Assembly (NCBI RefSeq): GCF_000400465.1
Contig: NW_008806280.1
Span: 20,001 to 144,000, forward strand
Direction of reading: 5' to 3'
From: Wallemia ichthyophaga EXF-994
Lineage: Eukaryota; Fungi; Basidiomycota
Length of the DNA stretch: 124,000 bases
Below the pieces are notes generated by a model. The model searched no databases, was not told the origin of the DNA, and was given only the letters and a program-made list of their open reading frames with translations. The position numbers and the translations under genes are program-made. Of the stretch, positions 42,127 through 53,498 are shown in pieces. Numbering within the stretch: the first letter of the stretch is position 1; the number at the start of each line of letters is the position of its first letter.

Positions 42127-45100
42127 ATGGATGATGACCATCCAATTCCACAGGCAGTATCAAATTTGAGGGATACGAATAAACGGTCTTCATCACAGCC
42201 TAGCAGCAGATCAGTCACTTTCTCAATTCGAGATAATGACGTTAATAATGTTGATAACGATAACGCTGTGGCAGATACAGACACTGAGGATGATTATGAT
42301 GATAATCACAGATACAGGCGCAGTCTCCGTTTCGAGGATGACCTTGATACAGGCGATGTTAATCACAATGATACCCCGGATCAGGACGACGCTTGCATGG
42401 GAAATCCGGAGAAAGTAAACGCTGATCTTGAAACGCAAGCAAAGGACACAGAACACGCGGAACCGCCACAACCACCATCACCTCGACAACCTAAATGGCA
42501 CAAATTCATTCAATGGAAGTACATTCGCTGGTTATATACAAATCACTCTTGGCATCACTTCAGACCTGTCATTAGAGCAAGTTTGGCTGCATGGCTTGGT
42601 CTTCTCCTTTTCCTCATTCAACCCGTCTTAGTCTTGATGGGCCAGGCTGCTTTCTATATCCTCGTTTGTGGTTTCTTGGCATCTCCACGTGATGCTATTT
42701 TACCAGACATTGAGCGTCAGATCATAAACCTAGTCTTTGTGTGCGCAGCCTGGGCTTGGTCAATAATCGGCCTTTCGATCGGTTTTGCAGGACGAGACGA
42801 AGCTCAGAACGAAGCTACAATGTCAGCCGTCCTTGAAGAAGCAAGCGCGATGAATAATTCTGATCTACAGCTATACATTCAACAGCAAGCTGTGGAAGGC
42901 CGGTTCATCCAAGCATCAACATCAGTCACAGCGGCCATCTTCCTTGCCTTCGGAAGTGGATTTTTCCTCTATCTTAAATCTAAACTATCACCACCACGCT
43001 ATGGAGTAGCCTGTGTGTTTTCGACAATCTGTCTGATCGTATCGTTGACACAAGGTCATACCGCTTACTCCCCCAATTACAAGATAGGATCGTATTTCGC
43101 TCTCCCTCTAGCATTACAGTCAGCAATCAATATTCTTTGCTCTATGTTCGTGCTACCTGTCACTGTCAACCACCAATTCTTGCTTGGATTACAGGCGGTA
43201 CTCCAACCGCTACAAAAGTTTACTCACGCAGAAACTGATTTGTTGGGCATTCCTGTCACGTCCGAGGATTGGATAGAAAGGGTAAGGTATCTCAAGACGC
43301 TCAACTCCCAATCCGTTCAAGCAATGATAGCGGTGCGTAGCAAGGACGCTCACGTCTTCCGTGAATACAGCTTCGGATTGTTGAGAGGCAGGGATTGTCA
43401 TGAGTTGTTGGAATTGATACGAAATGTCCACCTGCGTAGTGGTGGGTTTATCACTTTTAGCGAAGCTTTGTTGGTCGCGTTTCACAACAAACACATCTTA
43501 CAAGAAGCTGTAACACTAGCTGAGCCTGAAGATGTAGCGCAGAGTGCGGCATCTATTTACAGCCCCTCGAGAAACCCATCTCCCTTCTCATCTCAGCAAA
43601 ACACACCTAGGAGCTCAGTCGCTCTGTCGAGATACGATACTGGTGACTCGAGGGATGTTGACAGTCATCATTCAGCTTTGCACATCTTTGGTTCGCATAG
43701 TATAGGTACTCTCACAGAACTGCTGCACAAGTCGAAGAGGAAACATGTTGCACCAATTGGTGTCTTTGAATCCCAGAGATACATGGCGCTTGAGGAGCGT
43801 ATGAAATTCACTGATCAGGAGTTCGTGAGGGCACATTTTGCAATAGTCAGTGAACATTCGAGAGATCTTAACGATACCACGGCTGTTACTCTAGCACACG
43901 TCCAGAAGCAAATCGAGAGGGTTGATCGTGTTAGACTAGGATCGTGGCTTTTTCGTCGGCACGATTCTCCAGGCGAGGGTAACGCGATTATTGAGAATAT
44001 GGAGATTTGCGATAATCTCCGCCGCGCTATCACCAAATTCAAGACTGAGGATAGACTAGCAGTACTGAGAAACTACTCTCAGTTCTTCGATGGCTCGCAG
44101 CCACGCGCAAAAATACCTTACAGAGCTTTGTTTTGGAGCTTCAATTATCAGTACTACCTCCTCGGTTTCTCAGGTGCACTCCTAGAACTTGCCGAAAAAA
44201 TGTCCAATCTCGAAGCTAAGCGAAAAAAGCCTAGACTATGGATTCCTGAAGTGCATCTCTTTGGCTGGTTTGCTAGTAGCACCGAAAAGCATGGCGAAGA
44301 GGAAGAAGACGATGACGATCCCGAGCACATGGCAGATGTAATGGAAGTATACCCTCAATCGAGAGATCCCGACGTTCTAGCACCTTCGAATGTTTTTGAA
44401 AGATTTGGGTGGGTGTTTGTTTGATGCTAAGCTGATATATACTGAACGGACACCTTAAGATCAGTGTTATGGAAATTGTGGATGTTTGTTATGTCCAAAC
44501 AGTCTTTGTTTGCGCTCAAAACTGCGCTTCTGGTTGCCCTCGTTACGCTGCCTGCCTTCCTGAAAACCTCGGCAGGGTTTTACTATTACGAACGGGGATT
44601 ATGGGTCGCAATTATGGCCAATTTGACACACAGTCAACACCGAGTGAGTATTTGAGAGTTTTCACTTAGTTATAATGTCTGACGATTGGGTACAAAGGGT
44701 GATACTCTCTTCAATTGGTTCACGCGTCTGGTGTACTCTGTAGTCGGTATTTTCAGTGGTCTGCTGATATGGTAGGTAGTTGTTTGTTCATTTCTCAGTT
44801 GTTGACAAAGTGTAATTTTCTCATTAGGACAATAGCAGCTCAAAAAGGAACAGGTAATCCATACGCTGTCGGCGCGACGTGCGCAGTAGCATTCCCGATT
44901 ATGTTCTACATAGTCATGTATTTCCCCGGTACGAATGTAGGATTGATGGTGTTAATGGTTTCTGTAGCTATGGTTTTGGGCTATAGCTGGCAAGACGCAC
45001 ACAATCCATCGCTTGTGAATGTCGGATGGGGATGGGATCTAGCTTGGAAGAGACTTGTTTTGGTAATCATTGGCGTTACAGCTGCATTCGTTTTCGCATA

Positions 45101-45883
45101 CGTTCCACCAGTCTCCAGTGCCAAGAGACACCAGCGGTATATATACTCGCGCACAATAACAACAACAGCCAATAGCTGGTGTGCTATTGTTGGATATGCA
45201 CTTAACAGTCATCATAGGGATATCGATGAGCAGGCAATAACCAAAACACTTCTTGCGGTTAAGTCGAAACTTCGGAAAAGTAAAGCTAGACAGGATTTTG
45301 CAGCTTTCGAATTCAGCTTAAGGGGTAGATGGCCTAGAGCGAGGTATGAAGCATTGCTTAATGTGCAACTAGATTTAGTAGAGCTGCTGTCGCAATTCAT
45401 GGCTGTTGCGAAAGAGTTAGACCCGCTGTGGATGCAGTGCGTGATGAGTCGGAGCAGATATAACGATCATAGATTTGTGGGTGGTGATTTACAATTTGAA
45501 TCTTTAGCTGACAATGATACAATACAGGTCGGCGATGTCTTGGCTTGTTTCGAAATGTGCGCTACGAGTATCAAGACAGGAATGCCCCTTCCTCAGATAA
45601 CACCTTGTCCGTTGGTAGATCGGGGATATTCAGCAAAATTAGGATTGGATCTTGGCGAGCACGTCCCGGATGGACTACCATCGCATGTTGATTTCAATGT
45701 TTTGAAAAGCGAGGAGTATTGGGTGGGTTTGAAGTGGGAAACAAGTCTTTTCTGACAAAATCACACCAGCTTTATTGTGTCGCCTACTCGCTATCGCAGT
45801 CTATTTTGATCCGATTGGATAGACTAATGATTTACACCAAATCGCTAGTTGGTGAGCAATTCCATATTATGTTAGATGTTTAG
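42127..45883 (+). CDS. Aromatic-acid-exporter/FUSC-like large membrane protein, multi-exon
   Basis: RPVIRASLAAW, FALKT, RG.WV.IMA, LRGRWPRARY, LPQITPCPL. Confidence 0.8.
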
Positions 45884-46072
45884 ACGGGAGGTTTAATTTA
45901 GTCTCGATAGTTGTATTTTTAAGGATTTATGTAAAGCATTGTTAATATCATCTACGTTAGATTGATTGGTTGTGTTTGAGTTTTGCTCACGTTTCATAAT
46001 TCAGACAATCAAAGAGTAAAATCACAAAAGCAGCAGTAATAGCCCAACGAAAAGGTGTATGGAAACGTTACA

Positions 46073-46749
46073 TGAATCTAGTAAACGTAACCGAGGATCT
46101 TACCACCAGTGTGCTTACGTCTGGCCTCCTCGTGGTCGACGATGCCGGAAGAGGTAGTAAGAATGATCTTACCGAATGAACGAGCTGGAAGGAGCATAGC
46201 AACCCAGTTCTCGATTTGAGAGAGTTGTACGTTGAATCTTGGGGAGATAACACCGCACTTGTTCAAACGACCGTTGAGTTGAACGACGACCTTTCCAGAA
46301 CGGTGGTCATCGACTTCTTCAAAGTCGCCAATGTAGCCTGAGAGAGATGTGAGAAGGTGAATGAGGAAGGGAGATGGTTTGATTGGTTGTTAGGCGAATG
46401 AAAAAGAGAGTGAAAAAGTGTAATGTAGACACGTTACCGTTTCCAACGTATATGGGTGGATACGCAAGAATGTCTTTGTGTCAGTGAATATATCGACGTC
46501 TTAAAGAATGAAGGCGGGAGGAGTAGCCACAACATCAAACAGTTATAACGTCGAAAAGGAAGGATGAAAAAATTCACCTGACAACCAACCAAACCATTTC
46601 GAATAAAGCAACTCACCATGCTTTTGCATGACAGACAAGAACTTGACGACGACCTTTGAGGAAGGACGGACGAGGACTTGACGCTTTCCGCGACGCTCAG
46701 CGTTGACGATGTTGTTGAGTGCATCGTTGAGGATAGAGACACGGACCAT
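46073..46749 (-). CDS. RPS22: 40S ribosomal protein uS8 (S22/S15a)
   Basis: [26 protein letters not shown]|[23 protein letters not shown]; coding intron 46338-46616 and 5'UTR intron 46755-46898. Confidence 0.98.
46421..46554 (-). ncRNA. Intronic box H/ACA snoRNA, snR44-like
   Basis: Two hairpins (TCGACGT/ACGTCGA; AGACAT/GTGTCT), ACA triplet 3 nt from predicted end, first pocket complementary to both flanks of 18S U106; H box not at the canonical distance. Confidence 0.7.
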
Positions 46750-47039
46750 TTTGTCTGATGATGGCTAGAGTCAGTAAAGTGGCTTAACCCGACGAGGTAC
46801 ACTATCAACATGCAATTGACACTCTAGTGTTCTGTCGGGTTTGAAGGGTAATTCACACCAGCCACTAGAGTGTGTTGCATATTTCCATTACTACTAACCT
46901 TGTGAGCGTGGGCTGGGAGCGTTAAGAGAAGCCTCGAATATTTTCTTATTTTGAGATTTCGCGCATCTCACAAAATTTAAAAAATGGGCGAGGCGGATAT
47001 CGAAATTGAGGAAAAATCGAAAGCTTTGAGTTAACCAAG

Positions 47040-47695
47040 ATGGTGAGGAGAGGAAAATAGGTAGATTTGGCTGGTATTTGCAGGGAATGTGGAGGCTAGT
47101 AATATTCAAGGGTGTGGCTAGTAATTAAGCTAGTACATATTCCAGTTCAAACAATTCTTCTTCACAACGACTCAACCAGCCAAATCACCTGTACGCAATT
47201 ACTGGCACTAACACACAACTCTCCAGGGTCGCGTCCGTACAAAGACAGTCAAGCGCGCTTCTCGCGTTCTCATTGAGAAGTACTACCCAAGACTTACGCT
47301 TGACTTCCACACCAACAAGAGGATCTCTGACAGTGTAGGTAGCTTATAGATTGTGAATAACCCTCTTATTCGTTGTACAGGTCGCTGTCATTCCCTCAAA
47401 GAGACTGCGCAACAAAATTGCTGGATTCACCACCCACCTCATGAAGAGAATCCAGAAGGGTCCTGTCCGTGGTATCTCATTCAAGCTCCAAGAGGAAGAA
47501 CGTGAGCGTAAGGATCAATACGTTCCAGACGTCTCTGCTCTCGACACCACCGAGAACCCTCTCGAAGTCGACCCAGACACCAAGGACCTCATCAAGTCTC
47601 TCGGCTTCGACTCGCTCCCTGTCAACGTCGCCGCTGTCTCCTCTTACCAAGGCCCTGAGCGTCGTCAACGTCGTGCTGTTCCAGGTGCTGCTTAA
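47040..47695 (+). CDS. RPS17: 40S ribosomal protein eS17
   Basis: ATG|intron 47043-47226|[47 protein letters not shown]. Confidence 0.97.
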
Positions 47696-47771
47696 ATTCG
47701 GTTTGAGTTTGAGTTTTGAATGTAATCATGTTTTATATGTACACGCATAAACTCCAAAACAGTGTTTGCTA

Positions 47772-48076
47772 TTAGCTTGTTTTTACCTGCTTCTCTAAAC
47801 TTGATATCCTCGCTTTGAGGTTGTTGATGTGGGTTATCTGCAGTAATTTGAGTACTTACATGCCACAAATTCTCCACCCCCACCTACCGTATCATCCAGC
47901 ACCGTCAGCTTGAAATCACTCGGCTTAGATTTATCGTTGTTGGTATCGTTGCTGACGAGCTGTCGCAGCTCCTCGAAACGCATATTCACTCTCAACCTAC
48001 GTCTCTTCTCGAGCTCTGAATGCTGCTGCCTGCGATGTGTTTCCTTCTCCTCCTTTGTCAATTCGTACTTTGTCAT
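47772..48076 (-). CDS. Small bHLH protein
   Basis: HSELEKRRRLRVNMRFEELRQLV, K.TVLDDT|I.HINNL. Confidence 0.8.
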
Positions 48077-48232
48077 CCACGCCTATCCGTGTCCCGTGAC
48101 AAACGTTGAAAATGTACCATGTCATTGTGTCGATGACAGGCACGTGAGCGGCGTGGGCGGTTTGAGCGGTTTAAGCGGTAGTGAAATGTGCTATAGAAAC
48201 AGTGTATATACATTATAAAATATCCGTGAATA

Positions 48233-49749
48233 TTACACAAACAACCCCGCATTAGCAACACCTACCGAGAAATCCACCACCATTATCCGCTTGTCATGTG
48301 AAGCTGTGACGATTCTCCTACTATCAAAAGCGAGGTCAAATATGAGAGAGGAGTGATGATTGACCGTGTTAGTGTATTGAATATCGCCGTCGACCTTATT
48401 AAGATTCCACACCTTAACGCAGCGATCGTAGCTGCCACTAACAATGATACGACGTGCGCTATCGATCTGCAGCGACCTCACCAACCCAGCGTGACCGACG
48501 AGGTTACACAGGTGAGTTCCATCAGTAAGCGATAGCTGTATGGTATTATCAGAAGAACCCGACGCAATGACCTCATTGTCAACATCTATACAAGCAATAC
48601 CTCTACTATGCGTATTCTCAATCCGTCTCACCAACCTACCCTCATCGAGATTCCAGACATTGATAGCCTTATCGCCCCCCGCACTAGCGAGGACGTTAGA
48701 TTTGGTGATCGAGAGGCTGTTGACGGGCGACGAGTGTGCGTGATCGAGTTGGTAGAGCAAAGTGAGGCTCTTACGTGAGTAGACACAAATACTTGAGTCT
48801 TTACTACACGAAGCGATGAAATGGTTGTTGAAGTCTACATCGAGGACTCCCGCCGTGTGGTGTGAGAGTGTACGCGCTACTTTCGCCCGCCCTAGCGTAC
48901 GTCCACTGCCCAGCTTCCATACATGTACCACCCCATCAGAGCCGGCGGACACTCCAAACGTTTTGCAGAACTTGAGACTTATCACTGAACCGTCGTGCGC
49001 ATCAGAGTACGTCGCAAGCAGTCGCAGCGTCTGCATGTCCCAGATACGTATCGATCTGTCGCGCGAACCTGACAGAATCTTCTCGTCGTCGAACGCTACT
49101 GTGTACACCTGTGTGGTTGTCAATTCACACCTGCTGACACTGCCTACTGCCTTCAACCCACGCTGTCTGTGTGCCCTTGGAGGAAATCAATCTTGGGATC
49201 AGCACCACCAAACCACCTGCGCTCTAATTGCATCCTGCATTTGAACAACTCGTACCAGTCGAGTGAGGTTGGTTTGAAAGAGAGTGGAGTGAGTGGTGTG
49301 GATGGCGTGTGTGGTGTGTGTGGTGTGTGCACTGTGTGTGCTGGTGAATCAGTTATTGATAGTGGAGTGAATTGAGTGTTTTTGTTTATTCCACTCGCAA
49401 ATGCACTTCTGTTAACGCTATTTGATCTGCTTAATCCACTTGACCTAGATAAACTACCCACTGAGCTCGATCGAGAGAGTGTAGGTGGTGTGTATGCAGG
49501 TGTAGGCGGCGGTGTATCCTTCACTTGATCAGAAAGCTCCCAACCAAATCTGTAGAACAAGTCGCGGTATATGAGATTATCACTGGCTACATCATTCCAC
49601 GATTTACAAACTAATTGGCAGTTGAGAATGTCCTCAAGGTTTATGTGTACCAGTATGTATATTGATATTTCTAGTGGCAATTCACTTATTATATCCTTGT
49701 GTACTCCAGGTATTATAGCCGACAAAATATCCATAAACTTCATCGTCAA
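48233..49749 (-). CDS. F-box/WD40 protein
   Basis: LPLEISIYIL..CQLVCKSW F-box; repeated GH..V..SGS.D..I.IW. Confidence 0.92.
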
Positions 49750-49865
49750 GATGAGAATGGCTGTGATAATTACGATATAAAATTGCTATTGCATATGAAT
49801 AGAGCCGTGATAATTAGAATGAACGGTGGTAATTATATGATAATACAAGTGTCTAGAAGATTCAT

Positions 49866-50603
49866 TTATAATACATTGCTGCTCTTTTTAGCGTGCAAAT
49901 TATTTGTCGCCTGGCTAATTAGATTATTCTGGCTGCTATGAGGCGATTGGATTGGTGTTTGTAGTGGTGTTGAGCTTGTTGAGGATGTGGCTGGTGATAG
50001 TGCAGGTGTATTACTGCTACCATAGTTGAGTCTATTAAGTTTGCTTGATAATATACTTGGTGAAGAAGGTAATACTTCAGCTTCCACGCTTCTCTTCCTC
50101 CAGATATTGAATACCTTTGTGAACTTGACTATCTCTTGGGTTGTAACACGCACGTCGCAGCTGAGATATCCAAACAACTCTCTCTCCACTGCATTGACCT
50201 CCCTCTGTGAAAATATCTGTTGAGATGCTATGTACCAGCTTTGATTTGTGAATGAATCGTCGTTGAACATTTTGTTCGTGATCATGATAGCTGCTAACCA
50301 TAGCCTATGTCCTGAACTGCCTTTGGCGTTGGGGTACCTCGCCTTCAACCTCTGCAATAGGATCAACGCTGATAACGCCACCGATATATGTAACCTTGTC
50401 CTGTACAGTGCATAGTGGATGAAATCGCCGAGACTGACTATCGACTTTGATTCGGGGCATTCGAACAAACTGCTAACAAAGTTGGCTGCATCTTTTGAAA
50501 ACTCTTTTCCAGCATTGTACCTCTCCGAAGTCGAGCCAGAAACTGCAGCGGTTGAGCCATAACTAGCGGAGCAGTGTGTGTTGAAGTTATTATTTGAAAA
50601 CAT
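49866..50603 (-). CDS. Pho85-type (Pcl/Clg1-like) cyclin
   Basis: FIHYALYRTRL, ALILLQRLK, HRLWLAAIMITNKMFNDDSFTNQSW, VNAVERE. Confidence 0.85.
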   Translation of the reverse strand: MFSNNNFNTHCSASYGSTAAVSGSTSERYNAGKEFSKDAANFVSSLFECPESKSIVSLGDFIHYALYRTRLHISVALSALILLQRLKARYPNAKGSSGHRLWLAAIMITNKMFNDDSFTNQSWYIASQQIFSQREVNAVERELFGYLSCDVRVTTQEIVKFTKVFNIWRKRSVEAEVLPSSPSILSSKLNRLNYGSSNTPALSPATSSTSSTPLQTPIQSPHSSQNNLISQATNNLHAKKSSNVL

Positions 50604-51892
50604 TTGTTGCTTTGATGGTTCGAGTTTGAGCTTTGGAATCGATTTTGACCTTACTTTAGTCACTCGGTCTCGATGAGTCGAAACTTCCCCACCAATTTGA
50701 CAGAGATTATTGTGGCTATTTTTCAAATTTTTGCTTCTAATCTGGTAAATTCGGGTGTCTGCATCTTAATTAGCTTCTCCTCTTCTCTCCCCGCTCACTC
50801 CTTGTCCTCGCCGACACATTTTCTCTGCGAAAAATTTGAAAATCTCGGAGTATTTCTCGAGGTACGTGCTAGAATGGTCTGTGATGTGACAAGCGGGGAT
50901 AATTGTGCTGAGGCGGCCATTTCAGTGCACTCAAAGCACGTGCCACCCCACACCCATTTCTCGGCCGTCTCATAAATAACCTCCGACTAATCAGCTTATC
51001 CAATATCTTACACTATGCATAAATCCGCAGTTGACAAGCGTTGTAAATAATACATTATAAATCTTATATTTTTTACATTATATCTATTAAATTTATACAC
51101 GCAGCGCTATAAACGGTGTACTCCGCAATACCATAGACCATTCTACGCGCGACAGACGCACTACGCACTTTTCGCAGTCTAGTCCAATTTAATCTAGTCT
51201 ACTTGCACAGCTGTGGAGTCTCGAGTCTCGAGCATTCGACGCGCATCTGCATCTGTCTACGTGCATTGCGGTGCTGCTCTAAAATTAATAAATTGGACCG
51301 TGGACTACCTACCACCCAAGTACCTCCCAAGTATCAACCTCATGCCACCTCTCGGCTGCATCTTCTCGCCCGCGCATGCCCTCGCATGAACCTCGCATAT
51401 GCCGAAAAGAGTCTGACGACAAGTTTCACACCCGTTCAACTCCCCGGCACCGCAGCTCTGCATGATGTGTGTAATCTGCGTGACTCATTTTGTCTGCTGA
51501 CCGTCTCGTTACGTGGCATTACATTGCATTTCTCGCCTGAAACTATCCGATTTGTGCGTCGCGCGTGTCGCATTTCGCCTATCGCCTTCGCATTTCGCAT
51601 CGCCCTTGGCCCGTCGCGTATCTACCCCGCCTCAGCTGATTTGCTTCTTCGCCTTGCGTCCCCGAGACAATCACAATCACACAATTGATAACTCGGGCAA
51701 GGCGATAATGATAGTGATGGCAAGTGGCAGGTGGCTGATGGAAATACCTGGAGCACATATGACCACGTTGATTAGAAATTAAACAGCACAAAACACAACA
51801 TGTCATTCCATATGCACTATATATATTCTCTTATTTAGCGTGTACACGCTCATCCACTCCCTCACAAAAGCTCCACCGCTCCACCTCCACAC

Positions 51893-52433
51893 CTAGAAAT
51901 TGAGTGATCGCAGATAATCGGCAAGCTCCTCGACAACCTTAGTCGCTTCGCCTGGGAGTACAGGAGCGTCGTATTCCGTGACGAGGATCGCCTGTACAGT
52001 GCGCACGATAACGCATCCATTAGGCTGTAATTGTGTCAATGTGGGCCATGACGTTCATGACGTTGCCACGGCACACTCACCCCCTTCTTCCCATACACCT
52101 TCCCCTCGTCAGCCTGAAGAGTGAAGAATTTCTGTCCATTGAGCTTGATGCCTGAAGCCTGCGTGGCTTCAGAGTTGGAGAAAGACCCAATGATCGCTCT
52201 CTGCTCTTCCGGAGTGAGCTGGAGGTTGTGTTAGAATGTACATGCACACTAAACTCCCAGCCCCGATCGCTACTCACTTGGTAACCTGCACTTATCGCCC
52301 ATATCCCGCCGTTCACTCCCATGATCGCGGCTCTGGATACCTTTTGCGTGCCGACAAGATTTCCATCTACGTATTCTGCGCTGCTTCAGTTGGCTCATAA
52401 ACACTCCCCTTCACACTCACGCTGCCACGACAT
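51893..52433 (-). CDS. PFY1: Profilin, canonical copy, 3 introns
   Basis: MSWQQYVDGNL..GIWAIS..GIKLNGQKF..GCVIVRT.QAILVTEY..PGEATKVVEELADYL. Confidence 0.93.
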
Positions 52434-53050
52434 TTCTACTGTGGTATATGTGGTGGTTCAACCAAACGACGCACTCCAAGTGGGCCAAATGAGTCAAAAT
52501 TTACTGTAAGCACACGATAGTATTTATGGCTGCTTGTTTTGCTCTATTTGAACCCTTCTTTGTCGCACACATCGTTTTACATGTACGTCACTCACTGCCA
52601 CTGCAACTGCAACTGCAACTGCAAAATGGACATGTCAATGTAAATTTATAAGCTTATTCGTTGTACGCAACTATTAGCCTGATCTTAACAAATTATCTCC
52701 TAGCCTCTTGACTGGGATGTTTGATTCAATCGAGTTTTGGATTTTGTCGTGTACAGCTATGACTATCACATTTTTATAGCGCGTCATTTTACTTCCAATT
52801 CTATCCTAAAATTAGTCAGCCTTAACTTTACTGTGTTAACTTCACCTACACGTGTACGTCCGTAAACCGATTTCCCAAAAAAACGAGACAGTTAATTTCG
52901 TACACCATTGAGCCTGTCGGTAGTACAATAAAAATCCTTATTCATCGAATAATATCTCAATCGTGAACTAACTACATTCTACTTTCCCAATCCTATAAAA
53001 AGACTACCATACTATCCAATATCGCGATGCTGTTACCGGGTTGTTATTGG

Positions 53051-53498
53051 TTAGACGTATTCCGCTATAACTACAATTGTGTTACAGGTCTTAATCACAC
53101 ACACATCGCGCTATTGATTCGTCAATGATCGATCATCGATCATTCACGGACAAGGATACCCACTCCGTCCCTGCCTAGCACGCTGTCTTCTTCAGCCCTC
53201 CTAATTCCGAATTTGCTTCCACTAAGCATGAAACCGTTTTGATATATTTCATCTGGGTTGCGGAATGACTTCAGGGTTTTTTCTGCTCTGTCTCGTTGAA
53301 CTGAGAAGGCGTTAACGGGTACACGTTGCTTGATCAAACGCCACCATTCGTCTCGAATCCCGGACTTGAATCCAAAGTACCTTCATACTTACTAACAATC
53401 GCTGATCTTGCTACATGCCCCGATACAGCAATAATTTGGCCTAAATATGCTAATTTGTGTTAATCGTGTTTAACTATACACTTACACTGCCACGACAT
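53051..53498 (-). pseudogene. Second, divergent profilin with truncated C-terminus (pseudogene or altered paralog)
   Basis: MSWQSY.. with three introns at near-equivalent positions; TAA after EYV; remains of the C-terminal helix (QPGNSIAILDSMVVFL) follow in another frame. Confidence 0.75.

Noticed and set aside
52595-52625. (ACTGCA)n hexamer run; similar (CTCAGT)n at about 85120-85146 and CA/TG runs
   Set aside because: Ordinary microsatellites in UTR or intergenic DNA
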